From Cyanobacteria bacterium FACHB-502 (GTDB taxonomy: Bacteria; Cyanobacteriota; Cyanobacteriia; Elainellales; Elainellaceae): 32,000 nt of DNA. Under the pieces are notes generated by a model, which was not told the origin of the DNA, ran no database searches, and worked only from the letters and a program-made list of their open reading frames with translations. Below, one piece after another: positions 1 to 9,257 of the stretch (position 1 is the stretch's first letter; each line of letters starts with the position of its first letter). The stretch is taken from assembly GCA_014695325.1 (NCBI GenBank), contig JACJNZ010000093.1:21915-53914 (forward strand), given 5' to 3'. The position numbers and the translations under genes are program-made.

Positions 1-36
1 CCGGGTTCTGTTAGTACATGGACCCTCAGGGTAGCT

Positions 37-865
37 GGTTGTGTCGCAAAAACCAGCGAATGGTAAGGTAAGCAGTACCCCCTCTCCTCCCTGTCCTCCA
101 ATGTCTCCTCAGTCTCTGTTTAAGTGGCGGCACTTTCTGCCTGAAATCATTCTGCTGAATGTGCGCTGGTATTGCCGCTACTCCTTAAGCTACCGAGACC
201 TAGAGGAGATGATGCAGGAACGGGGCATGAAAGTTGACCACTCGACGATCAATCGGTGGGTTTTGCAGTACTCATCAGAGCTAGACAAACGAATTCGATG
301 GCACCTGAAACCGACGAGCAATTCGTGGAGGGTGGACGAAACCTATATCAAAGTTAGGGGCGTGTGGAAGTATCTGTATCGCGCAGTGGATTCTCAAGGC
401 AATACCCTCGACTTTATGCTCAGTGCGAAGCGGGATGGCAAGGCAGCTGCACGATTCCTTCGCAAAGTCCTGAAGGGTCAGCACCCCCAAGCACCACGGG
501 TTATTACCGTGGATAAGAATGCGGCTTACCCAGGGGCAATGGAGACTCTCAAAGCGGATGAGGTGATTGAACAGGAAACGGAACTGAGGCAGAGCAAATA
601 TTTAAATAACATCGTTGAGCAGGATCATCGAAACATCAAGTGCATCGTGAAGCCGATGATGAGGTTCAAGTCGTTCAACAGTGCCAGGAGAACCTTGAGT
701 GGGATTGAGGCAATGAATATGATGAGAAAACGACAAGTGAATGGTATTGACAGGGGGGATATTGTATCTCAGGTCAAATTTATCGAAGCACTCTTTGGCG
801 TAACTGCTTAAGACGATGACCTCGATAGGTATCGTTTGTCCTTAAACAGTTTTTGCGACACAACC
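37..865 (+). mobile_element. IS6-family insertion sequence (829 bp) with perfect 17-bp terminal inverted repeats
   Basis: GGTTGTGTCGCAAAAAC at 37-53 and its exact reverse complement GTTTTTGCGACACAACC at 849-865 bracket a single transposase ORF. The size (~0.8 kb) and GG-initiated IRs are typical of IS6/IS26-like elements. The 8-bp flanks differ (gggtagct vs atgcctag), so there is no target-site duplication. Confidence 0.85.
101..811 (+). CDS. IS6-family DDE transposase (236 aa from ATG 101)
   Basis: The translation (FKWRHFLPEIILLNVRWYCRYSLSYRDLEEMMQERG...VDETYIKVRG.WKYLYRAVD..G..LDF.LSAKRD...A..FL...ITVDKNAAY...LRQSKYLNNIVEQDHRNIK) matches the conserved layout of IS26/IS240-type transposases. 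The GTG at 41 given in the ORF track lies inside the left IR, so ATG 101 is preferred. Confidence 0.9.
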   Translation: MSPQSLFKWRHFLPEIILLNVRWYCRYSLSYRDLEEMMQERGMKVDHSTINRWVLQYSSELDKRIRWHLKPTSNSWRVDETYIKVRGVWKYLYRAVDSQGNTLDFMLSAKRDGKAAARFLRKVLKGQHPQAPRVITVDKNAAYPGAMETLKADEVIEQETELRQSKYLNNIVEQDHRNIKCIVKPMMRFKSFNSARRTLSGIEAMNMMRKRQVNGIDRGDIVSQVKFIEALFGVTA

Positions 866-1509
866 ATGCCTAGTTCTATTAGGAAGTTTCGGATGTGCTG
901 GACAAGAGCTTGCTCGAGCTCGCGTTCCTGCACGTTACCCTGTATGGAAAGAAACTGAAAATTGTAGGGGTCCTTAATTAGCCCCTTTGCCAGATCCGAC
1001 TGAGGTTTAGGCAGCGTGCGATCGAAATTCGTGACAGCCTTGCCCTGCCGTCCGAAAAGATTGCTTTCAATCTGCCAGACCAGGACATCTCGGCTCCAGC
1101 CGTTTTCAATCGCTTTTTCTGCGTACCAGAGTCGTTGCTCCTGAGTCTTTAGCTTATCGATGAGGGCAATGTTGTGCCGCCACGGTAATTTACCAACGCA
1201 GCGTTGGTAAATTGCTTCATCTGGGTATGCCTCTGCAAACGCCTTCATGTAGCCCAGGTTAGAACGAGAAAACCCTTTGATCTCCGGGAATTCCTTTCGT
1301 AGGTCTGTCGCCAAGCGTTCGATAACCCTGCTTCCCCATCCCTCACTTTGTTGCTGTTCCAAAATAGATTGCCCAATTTGCCAGTAGAGATAGATTAGTT
1401 CCTGGTTTACAGCTAGCGACACCCTGACTTGAGCGGTTCTGATGCGCTCTTTGAGTTGGTTCAGAAAATCATCGTAGCCTTGAGGTAGGGAAAGTCGGCG
1501 ATCGCTCAC
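866..1509 (-). pseudogene. DUF1016/YhcG-family PDDEXK nuclease gene, 3' end removed by the IS6 insertion
   Basis: The N-terminal ~214 aa (AVNQELIYLYWQIGQSIL...GWGSRVIERLATDL...GFSRSNLGYMKAF...LPWRHNIALIDKL...ENGWSRDVLVWQIESNLFGRQ) are typical of DUF1016. After ...FLIELG the reading frame runs into the right IR of the IS (MVVSQKLF...) and stops, so the C-terminal nuclease core is missing. Confidence 0.8.
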
Positions 1510-1650
1510 AAGAAGAGGGTTTTGAAAGGCTCTGGTTCAGTCCCTCATCATGACATGATCCCAATATTTTTGCTTAGAATTCGTAGAACTTTGCGTGTAT
1601 TGGGGATACGATTCTGGCATCATTGAGTGCGAAGGGATAGTGGAACAGCA

Positions 1651-2289
1651 ATGCTTATTGGAGTCCTGAATCGAAAAGGGGGATGTGGTAAGTCAACAAC
1701 AGCAGTTCACTTGGCATATTGGCTATCACAACAGCACCAGCGAGTCGTCTTGATTGACTCGGACGGGCAGATGAGTTCAAGTCAGTGGCTCAAGAAGCTG
1801 GATATGCCCTCTGTTGTAATCAACGATCCCGATGACCTGTTTGATCAGATTAGTAAGCTATCTGAAGAGTACGATTCGGTTATTGTGGACTCTCCTTCTG
1901 TTTTGGGAGAACCGGCTAAGTCTGTATTGCTCAGTGTGGACCTCGCGATCGTCCCGGTGCAGCCCTCCAACTTAGATCTGCTTTCTGCTAAGGATATTGT
2001 GCGCCTCGTCCACCAGGCACAGAAGATCAGAAGGGGCATCCCCAAAGCTGTCATGTTCCTCAGCCGTGCAGCACGCGGGACAGTACTGATGCGGGAAGCT
2101 CAGGAAGCTTTGAGCAATACCCAAGGCTTTGCCCTGCTAAATTCTGTAATTTACCAGCGTCAGGCGATCGCTGATGCGCCGGGACAGGCAGCAACAGTCT
2201 TCACGATGTCGGGAGAAGCTGCAAACTCAGCAGCTAAAGATTACACCAGTTTGTTTGAAGAGGCTCTGAGCTATGGCAAGGCGAAATAG
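1651..2289 (+). CDS. parA: ParA/Soj-type partition ATPase
   Basis: Deviant Walker A NRKGGCGKSTTAVHLA immediately after ATG 1651. The protein is ~210 aa, has the VLIDSDGQ motif, and overlaps the downstream parB. The GTG at 1627 is a less likely start. Confidence 0.9.
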   Translation: MLIGVLNRKGGCGKSTTAVHLAYWLSQQHQRVVLIDSDGQMSSSQWLKKLDMPSVVINDPDDLFDQISKLSEEYDSVIVDSPSVLGEPAKSVLLSVDLAIVPVQPSNLDLLSAKDIVRLVHQAQKIRRGIPKAVMFLSRAARGTVLMREAQEALSNTQGFALLNSVIYQRQAIADAPGQAATVFTMSGEAANSAAKDYTSLFEEALSYGKAK

Positions 2290-3184
2290 TTTAAAGGATG
2301 AGTGGCAGTTTGAGGCTGAAAGCACTTCAGATAAGCAAAGTCTCCCAATTAGTTCAATCGTCCTGCCACCTAGTCAGCCCCGGCGCTACTTTGACCCTGA
2401 GAAGCTTCGACAGCTTACAGAATCAGTTCGACAGCACGGAGTTCTTGAACCTGTTCTGGTGCGACCTGCTGGGAAGGAAGGTCTGTACGAGCTGGTTGCT
2501 GGGGAACGAAGATTTAGAGCCGCCCAGGAAGTGGGGTTGACTGATATCCCGGTAACAGTTCGAGAATTGAGTGATGAGGAAGCTCTACAGCTTGCCCTGG
2601 TTGAGAACTTGCAGCGTGAGGACTTAAACCCTGTTGAAGAGACAGAGGGAATTCTGCAATTGCTAGCTCTCAGGCTCAAAATCGAACCGATCGACGTTCC
2701 TCCTCTCCTCTACAAGATGCGAAATGAGGCGATCGGCACAGTTAATCAAAACGTTTTGATTAACTCTCAAGCGGAGGCAGTTCAAGCTGTTTTTGCTGAA
2801 GTGGGAACGATTACCTGGGAGTCGTTTGTGACAAGTCGGCTACCCCTGCTCCGGTTGCCACCAGAAATTCTTGAGGCTCTCCGCAGTGGCAAGCTGGCTT
2901 ACACTAAAGCGCAGGCGATCGCTCGTGTGAAGGATGATAATCAGCGCAAGGAACTTCTAGAGGAAGCAGTTTCACAAGACTTGTCTCTAAGTCAGATTAA
3001 GGACAAGATAGCTGTTCTCAAATCTCCTAAGACGAGCAATGACAGCGAGCTTTCTCTAAGGAGCCAGATTGATGACGTCTTGCAGTTGGCAAAGCGATCT
3101 AAGGTTTGGGATAACCCCAAGAAGCAACGAAAACTAGAAAAGATATTGGCGGATCTCAAAACTCTGATTAGTAATACTGACTAA
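2273..3184 (+). CDS. parB: ParB/Spo0J-family partition protein
   Basis: ParB N-terminal domain motifs are present: PRRYFDPEKLRQLTESVRQHGVLEPVLVRP, LVAGERRFRAAQEVGL, ALVENLQREDLNPVEE. The start overlaps the parA 3' end by 17 nt. Confidence 0.9.
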   Translation: MARRNSLKDEWQFEAESTSDKQSLPISSIVLPPSQPRRYFDPEKLRQLTESVRQHGVLEPVLVRPAGKEGLYELVAGERRFRAAQEVGLTDIPVTVRELSDEEALQLALVENLQREDLNPVEETEGILQLLALRLKIEPIDVPPLLYKMRNEAIGTVNQNVLINSQAEAVQAVFAEVGTITWESFVTSRLPLLRLPPEILEALRSGKLAYTKAQAIARVKDDNQRKELLEEAVSQDLSLSQIKDKIAVLKSPKTSNDSELSLRSQIDDVLQLAKRSKVWDNPKKQRKLEKILADLKTLISNTD

Positions 3185-3301
3185 TTGCTACTAGATAGGG
3201 ATCTTGATTGGAAGCACGAGTACTCACGAGGTAGATGAGTGGGTCAAGGTAATCAAGGCAATGGGGTGTATAAAAACAAATTAGAGTTAGATAGGGGGAC
3301 G

Positions 3302-3904
3302 ATGAAATATAGTATGTCTTTTACAACAGGCACTTTATTTCATCAGGAGTCAGTGAAGCTTGCCGGATTGTTCCTGGAGTTTCAGAACTGGAATCTCGTT
3401 CGGAGTGCCGTTCTCTCAAAAAATCTTTTACAGTCTCGAACTGTAAACACTTCAAAACGAGTTTGTAGGGAAGTTTGTTCTAGGTTGAGGACTCTTAGTG
3501 CAGCGCAGCTTGATTTACTAGTTCATGGGTCTACCCAGGATCAAGGCTACCTCTTGTGGCTAGCTGTTTGCCGCCGTTACAAATTCATTGCAGATTTTGC
3601 TGTAGAAATCGTTAGGGAAAAGTATATCAGCTTGCAATTTGCGCTCAATTATGACGATTTTGACTTCTTCTTCAATAAAAAGTCCGAATGGCATGGGGAA
3701 TTAGACCAGATTAAGCCAGCAACAAGAACGAAAACACGTCAGATTCTCTTCAAGATGCTGAGAGAGGCGGATCTCCTAACCCCTAATAACATAATCAACG
3801 CAGCCCTGCTTAGTCCTCAACTCCTTAGCGTTATTTCCCAGGACAATCGTCAGGATATTTTGATTTTTCCAGCGTTTGAATCCGACTTGAAGGAATGGGC
3901 ATAA
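3302..3904 (+). CDS. brxA: BREX protein BrxA (DUF1819-like), 200 aa from ATG 3302
   Basis: It is the first gene of a brxA-B-C-pglX-pglZ-brxL array. The size and the N-terminus YSMSFTTGTLFHQESVKLAGLF are typical of BrxA. The GTG at 3239 would add 21 unconserved-looking residues. Confidence 0.8.
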   Translation: MKYSMSFTTGTLFHQESVKLAGLFLEFQNWNLVRSAVLSKNLLQSRTVNTSKRVCREVCSRLRTLSAAQLDLLVHGSTQDQGYLLWLAVCRRYKFIADFAVEIVREKYISLQFALNYDDFDFFFNKKSEWHGELDQIKPATRTKTRQILFKMLREADLLTPNNIINAALLSPQLLSVISQDNRQDILIFPAFESDLKEWA

Positions 3905-4515
3905 TGAACTTGGTCGTAAGTAAAAACAATATGAAAGAACGGTTTCATCATTTATTCTCTGTTATCGCTGGGAAACGCTTCCTCCAGAAGCAGGGACTGG
4001 GTAATGAGGTGCCGTTTTTCATCTGCCCATTCAAGCCAGAAGAGTCCGTTGAAATGGAACAGTTGCAAAAGCAGCTTGTCAATCGACTGGAACAGTCTGG
4101 AGTCAGAGTCCTAGAAATTAATCTCTACGATCTCTCGGTTAAGCTGTTGAAAGAACGGGAGATTTGGGAGCAAATCCTTAGTGTGGAGCAGTCTACTTCA
4201 AAAGCTGAACTGAAGGAGCTTTTACAGGGTGTCCTTGATCCAGAAACTCATTTGGTTCCTGCTGTTGCAAGCCAAATCAAAAGCACTGAGTTTGATGTGA
4301 TGTTCATATCAGGAGTAGGACAAGTTTTTCCATACATCCGTTCCCACAATGTGTTGAACAACCTGCAAAGTACAGCTAAGGAAAAACCAACGGTTATGTT
4401 TTTTCCGGGTGACTACACCCATTCCTTAGAATCTGGTGCATCCCTTGATCTTTTCGGCAGACTGCACGACGACAAATACTACCGAGCCTTCAATATCTTT
4501 CACTGCGAAGTCTAA
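3895..4515 (+). CDS. brxB: BREX protein BrxB (DUF1788-like)
   Basis: About 200 aa with FHHLFSVIAG..FL...GLGNEVPFFICPFKPEE and FFPGDY near the C-terminus, in the position between brxA and brxC. An alternative start at ATG 3904 gives a TAATG overlap with the brxA stop. Confidence 0.85.
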   Translation: MGIMNLVVSKNNMKERFHHLFSVIAGKRFLQKQGLGNEVPFFICPFKPEESVEMEQLQKQLVNRLEQSGVRVLEINLYDLSVKLLKEREIWEQILSVEQSTSKAELKELLQGVLDPETHLVPAVASQIKSTEFDVMFISGVGQVFPYIRSHNVLNNLQSTAKEKPTVMFFPGDYTHSLESGASLDLFGRLHDDKYYRAFNIFHCEV

Positions 4516-4529
4516 GCGGGAAACCCACC

Positions 4530-7500
4530 ATGATGCTAAGCACTATTTTCGAGAAACCTGTCGATCGCCCAATTGAGGGGGTTATCAAGGCAGATGATGA
4601 GGTGAGTCTCCGGCTAGAACTTGAGGAATACATCCTAACCCGTGAAGTAGAAAAGCGACTTGAAGCATTTCTAGACGCATACATTGGCTATGAGGGGGCT
4701 AATGGGGTATGGCTATCAGGTTTCTTCGGCTCTGGCAAGTCTCACCTACTGAAAATGCTGGCACTGTTGCTGGAGAATCGGGAAATTGAGGGAACGCCTG
4801 CGATTGATTGGTTTTTACCGAAGTGCAACCACAATGAAGTCCTTCGGGGCAATTTAAGACGAGCTGTTGCCATTCCGTCAAAAAGCATTTTGTTCAATAT
4901 TGACCAGAAGGCTGATGTAATTAGCAAGACTGAATTCGATGCCTTACTGTCGGTCTTTGTAAAAGTCTTCGATGAAATGTGTGGGTACTATGGCAAGCAA
5001 GGACATATTGCCCAGTTTGAGCGCCATCTTGATAGTCGCGGTTTGTACGATGCTTTTAAGGAAGAGTATCAACTTGTTACAGGTAGGCCCTGGCATATGG
5101 GTAGGGAACAAGCGCTGCTAGAAGGCAAGAATATTGCAAAAGCGTATTCAAAAGTTACGGGTGACTTAGAGGATTCTGCTGCCGGAATTCTTGATAGATA
5201 CAGAAGCCAGTACAAAGTGTCTATTGAGGACTTTGCAGAGCAGGTAAAAGACTTCGTAGACAAGCAAGCACCTAATTTTCGGTTGAACTTTTTTGTTGAT
5301 GAGGTTGGGCAATACATCGCTGAAAACGTGAAGCTGATGACTAATCTGCAAACCATTGCAGAGAGTCTAGCAACTAAGTGTCGAGGGCGGGCCTGGGTAA
5401 TTGTTACTGCCCAAGAAGACATGGATGCGGTAATTGGGGAGATGGGTCATCAGCAAAGTAACGACTTTACAAAGATTCAAGCTCGGTTTGCAAATCGCAT
5501 GAAGCTAACCAGCCAGGACGTAGCAGAAGTTATCCAGAAGCGCTTGTTGGCGAAGAATGGGGAGGGTACAACGCTACTTACGGATGTCTATCGAAATCAA
5601 GTCAATAATTTCAAGACTTTGTTTGATTTTGCGGATGGCTCACAAACCTACCGAAACTTTCAGGATCAGGAGCATTTCATCCATAGCTATCCCTTCATTC
5701 CCTACCAATTCGCGTTATTTCAAGCTGCCATCAAGTGCCTATCGCAGCATAACGCCTTTGAAGGGAAACATAGCTCCGTCGGCGAACGATCGATGTTAGG
5801 TGTCTTTCAAGAGGTCGCGGTTCGAATTGGTTCTCAGGATTTGGGGCGGCTCGCAACCTTTGACCTTATGTTTGAGGGCATCCGCACCACACTAAAATCA
5901 AATATTCAACGCTCCGTTTTGCAAGCCGAGAACCATCTTGACAGTCCTTTTGCCATTCGTTTGCTGAAAACACTCTTTTTGGTCAAGTATGTCAAGGAGT
6001 TTAAACCGACACTGCGAAATTTGTGTGTCTTGATGCTGGAGAGCTTTGAGCAGGATTTAACCCAGTTACGTAAGCAAGTTGAGGAAGCACTCAGCCTTCT
6101 GGAGCAGCAGACCTACATCCAGCGCAATGGTGAGATGTATGAGTATTTGACCGATGAGGAGAAAGACGTTGAGCAGGAGATTAAGAACACGGAGGTAGAA
6201 GCATCCGATGTTGCTGAGGAGCTAGAAAAGCTCATTTTCGACCACATTATTAAGACTCGCAAGATTCGTTACGACAATAATGGGCAGGACTACTCGTACT
6301 CTCGAAAGCTCGACGATCGCCTTCAAAGTCGCGAGTATGAGTTAGCCATTCATATCATTACCCCCTTCCATGAGCATGCAGACGACATGCCGGTTTTGCA
6401 GATGCAAAGCATGGGTCGAGATGAACTGTTGGTGGTGATGCCATCAGACGATCTCCTGGTTAGGGACATCTTAATGTATAAGCGGACTGAGAAGTACATT
6501 AAGCAGAATATGTCTGTAACCCAGCAGGAAGTAATTAAGCGAATTCTAACGGACAAGGGTTTTTACAACCGGGAACGCCATACCGAATTGCAAAAACTGT
6601 TGCAAAGACTGTTGGGTAAAGCAAAGCTTTTTGTTTCTGGTACAGAGCTTGAGATTGGGAGTGAGGATGCTCAAAGCCGTATTATCAAGGGCTTTCACGA
6701 ACTGGTTACAAGAGTGTATCCCAATCTAAGGATGCTACGGGGGGTTCTCTATACTGAGGCTGATATTGGTAACTGCCTTAACCACTCCCAAGAGAGTTTG
6801 TTTGGTAGTGATGTTACAAGCTTGGCAGAGTCTGAACAAGAAATGATTGCCTTCATTCAAAGCAATCATCGAGGGGGTGTTCGCACTACTCTGAAATCTT
6901 TGCTGGAGCGGTTTGAGCGCAAGCCCTACGGATGGTACTACGCTGCAATCCTTTGTAATTTGGCAAAACTCTGCGCCCGGGGCAAGGTAGAACTGCGAAC
7001 GGACGGAAACCTTCTGGAAGATGATGACCTGGAACGGGCAATTCGTAACTCCCATGGACATGCCAATGTAGTTCTTGAGCCGCAGGTTGACTTCACGGCA
7101 TCCCAGGTTCGCAATCTGAAAGATTTTTATGCCGACTTTTTTGACACCCCACCTAGTTCAGGGGAGGCAAAAGCTTTAGGGAAAGAAACAGGTGTGGCAT
7201 TTCAGGAACTGAAACATTCTTTGACACCATTAGCGTCTCAAGTGTCTCAATACCCGTTCCTTAGCGCTCTAACTCCAGTACTCAACACGCTTAAGGACAT
7301 TTGTGGCAAACCCTATACCTGGTATCTCACCGAGTTACTTCGACAAGAAGATGCCCTTCTTGATTTGAAGGAGAAGGTGATTGATCCAGTCCGCAAGTTC
7401 ATGAATGGACCGCAGAAGGGGATTTTTGATGATGCTACAAAGTTCGTACAAGCTCAGCAACCAAATTTTGCCTATATCAGTGGTGATGAATCTGGGCAGG

Positions 7501-8090
7501 TAGTTGCAGCCTTAGCAGATCCAGAGTGCTTCAAGGGCAATCGGATGCAACAGTTGAAGGTGCTGATCGACTCTCTAGAGTCCACGGTATCAGCCCAAAT
7601 TGCTCTGGAAATAACTGAGGCACAAACAGCGGTGAATGTGTTGAGAAGCCGTTTGTGTAGTATGGATGAGTTTTCTGCTCTCACGCCAGAACAGCAGCAG
7701 CAGTTGACCCGACCGTTCGGTGCTTTTGAAGCTGAGATCGCCCAGCAAAAACTCATTGCTGTGATTCGCGACACGTTACGACAATTTGAGGAAACCGAGT
7801 ATCCGCAGTTGCTATCGCGAATGACCACTTGGGCACAGTCTGTTCCTTCTCCCGCAGATAATCGAGGAACAACCGATACAACACCCTCTACCTCTTACAG
7901 CGGTGCTAGCACCTCAGATGCAAGAACTACGGTTGCAGAACCCAAAATTGAATATGTTTCTAGCAAATCTGTGCGGGTTCCATTTGACAAAGCATGGTTG
8001 GCTGACGAAGCAGATGTAGATCGCTATTTAGCTGCTATGCGGAAAACTTTACTGGCAGAGATTCAGAGTGGGAAGAGAATTCAAATATGA
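4530..8090 (+). CDS. brxC: BREX ATPase BrxC/PglY (1186 aa)
   Basis: P-loop GFFGSGKSHLLKML near the N-terminus and FVDEVGQY Walker B. The ~1200 aa size and the position are typical of type 1 BREX BrxC. Confidence 0.93.
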   Translation: MMLSTIFEKPVDRPIEGVIKADDEVSLRLELEEYILTREVEKRLEAFLDAYIGYEGANGVWLSGFFGSGKSHLLKMLALLLENREIEGTPAIDWFLPKCNHNEVLRGNLRRAVAIPSKSILFNIDQKADVISKTEFDALLSVFVKVFDEMCGYYGKQGHIAQFERHLDSRGLYDAFKEEYQLVTGRPWHMGREQALLEGKNIAKAYSKVTGDLEDSAAGILDRYRSQYKVSIEDFAEQVKDFVDKQAPNFRLNFFVDEVGQYIAENVKLMTNLQTIAESLATKCRGRAWVIVTAQEDMDAVIGEMGHQQSNDFTKIQARFANRMKLTSQDVAEVIQKRLLAKNGEGTTLLTDVYRNQVNNFKTLFDFADGSQTYRNFQDQEHFIHSYPFIPYQFALFQAAIKCLSQHNAFEGKHSSVGERSMLGVFQEVAVRIGSQDLGRLATFDLMFEGIRTTLKSNIQRSVLQAENHLDSPFAIRLLKTLFLVKYVKEFKPTLRNLCVLMLESFEQDLTQLRKQVEEALSLLEQQTYIQRNGEMYEYLTDEEKDVEQEIKNTEVEASDVAEELEKLIFDHIIKTRKIRYDNNGQDYSYSRKLDDRLQSREYELAIHIITPFHEHADDMPVLQMQSMGRDELLVVMPSDDLLVRDILMYKRTEKYIKQNMSVTQQEVIKRILTDKGFYNRERHTELQKLLQRLLGKAKLFVSGTELEIGSEDAQSRIIKGFHELVTRVYPNLRMLRGVLYTEADIGNCLNHSQESLFGSDVTSLAESEQEMIAFIQSNHRGGVRTTLKSLLERFERKPYGWYYAAILCNLAKLCARGKVELRTDGNLLEDDDLERAIRNSHGHANVVLEPQVDFTASQVRNLKDFYADFFDTPPSSGEAKALGKETGVAFQELKHSLTPLASQVSQYPFLSALTPVLNTLKDICGKPYTWYLTELLRQEDALLDLKEKVIDPVRKFMNGPQKGIFDDATKFVQAQQPNFAYISGDESGQVVAALADPECFKGNRMQQLKVLIDSLESTVSAQIALEITEAQTAVNVLRSRLCSMDEFSALTPEQQQQLTRPFGAFEAEIAQQKLIAVIRDTLRQFEETEYPQLLSRMTTWAQSVPSPADNRGTTDTTPSTSYSGASTSDARTTVAEPKIEYVSSKSVRVPFDKAWLADEADVDRYLAAMRKTLLAEIQSGKRIQI

Positions 8091-9250
8091 TCACAAGACT
8101 CGAACTCACAGATTTTACTGTTTTTACGAAACTAGGGGTTGATTTTTCACCAAAAGTCAACTTAATTGTCGGTCATAACGGCACTGGAAAGACACATCTG
8201 CTTAAAGCTGCCTATAGCCTTTGTGCAGGTGCAACTATCTTTAAAGACAAGCCAGATGCCAGTGAAGCCGAGATCCAGGCAGCGCTTACAACCAAATTGC
8301 TGCGTCTCTTTACGCCTATAGAAGGAAAACTTGGCAAGCTGCGCCGCTATGGTGCAAAAAAAAATGCTCAAATGCAAGCTCATTTTGCACTGGGTGGGCA
8401 ATTAAAGCTGTCTTTTCATTCCAACTCGAAAGTATTAACTATTCAGGATAGTAATAGTTACGGTGAATACCAGGAAGCAGCAGTTTATATTCCAACAAAA
8501 GAAGTTCTTTCCTTGATCAAGGGCATAAGCAATAAAGAGCATGATCCAAAAACTGTCGAGCTTATCTTTGATGCTAGCTACCTTGATCTTGTAGCAAACC
8601 TTATGCGTCCCAGCTACGAGGACCCTGAAGCCGAACTTGCCCTTGACCCACGGTTTAGCTCTATAGTTCCCATGTTAGTTAACCTTATAGGAGGAAAATA
8701 TTGCTGGGAAGGTGGCGACTTTTACTTCCAATCTGGGAGCTATGAAGAGAAAGCTGATCCAGATCGACCCAAAGGTCAACATGCTCAGAGCTATCAGGAT
8801 TCTACAGTAGCTCGCTTTAAACCGACCAAGGATCCAGTGTACGCCAGCAGTATGACTGCTGAAGGTTTTAGAAAGATCGGGATACTCCATCGATTACTCT
8901 GCAACGGAACGTTGAACCCTGGTGTGAGTGGTCCATTGTTCTGGGATGAACCTGAATCTAATCTGAATCCCAAGATGATGAAGCATTTAGTGCAGGTTCT
9001 ATTGGAGCTATCTCGAAATGGTCAGCAAATTATACTTGCAACGCATGATTATGTTTTGCTCAAATGGTTTGACTTATTAATGGACAAGGGCAAGGAAGAT
9101 CATGTGAGATTCCATGCACTTTATCGAGATGCTGAATCTCACGAGATCAGGATAGAAAGCATGGACGATTACAACTTAATAAGCAAATCAGCAATTTCGG
9201 ATACATTTGCTGAACTTTACGACGCAGATGTAAGAAGAGCATTGGAGTAG
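8087..9250 (+). CDS. ABC/SMC-type (AAA_15/AAA_21-like) ATPase embedded in the BREX operon
   Basis: RecF/SMC-like N-terminus ITRLELTDFTVF...NLIVGHNGTGKTHLLKA (Walker A at 8171-8194), signature-like SMTAEGFRKI, Walker B LFWDEPESNLNP and H-loop ILATHD. Its ATG overlaps the brxC stop (ATGA at 8087-8090). Confidence 0.85.
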   Translation: MITRLELTDFTVFTKLGVDFSPKVNLIVGHNGTGKTHLLKAAYSLCAGATIFKDKPDASEAEIQAALTTKLLRLFTPIEGKLGKLRRYGAKKNAQMQAHFALGGQLKLSFHSNSKVLTIQDSNSYGEYQEAAVYIPTKEVLSLIKGISNKEHDPKTVELIFDASYLDLVANLMRPSYEDPEAELALDPRFSSIVPMLVNLIGGKYCWEGGDFYFQSGSYEEKADPDRPKGQHAQSYQDSTVARFKPTKDPVYASSMTAEGFRKIGILHRLLCNGTLNPGVSGPLFWDEPESNLNPKMMKHLVQVLLELSRNGQQIILATHDYVLLKWFDLLMDKGKEDHVRFHALYRDAESHEIRIESMDDYNLISKSAISDTFAELYDADVRRALE

Positions 9251-9257
9251 GAAAAGA

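Noticed and set aside
41-100. GTG start at 41 for the IS6 transposase (256-aa version in the ORF track)
   Set aside because: Codon 41 lies inside the 17-bp left terminal inverted repeat, and the extra 20 residues (SQKPANGKVSSTPSPPCPP) look non-conserved. ATG 101 gives a typical ~236-aa IS6 transposase.
1541-1556. Short palindrome ATCATG-a-CATGAT in the DUF1016/parA divergent intergenic region, as a possible parS or operator
   Set aside because: It has only 6-bp arms, occurs once and does not resemble the canonical parS (TGTTNCACGTGAAACA). That is too weak to call.
4490-8000. Many 60-120-aa antisense or out-of-frame ORFs inside brxC (e.g. 5069-5422, 6735-7061 and 7472-7828 on the minus strand)
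   Set aside because: They are fully nested in a long, motif-supported CDS and have low-complexity, Ser/Arg/Cys-rich translations with no starts backed by ribosome-binding sites. They are shadow ORFs.
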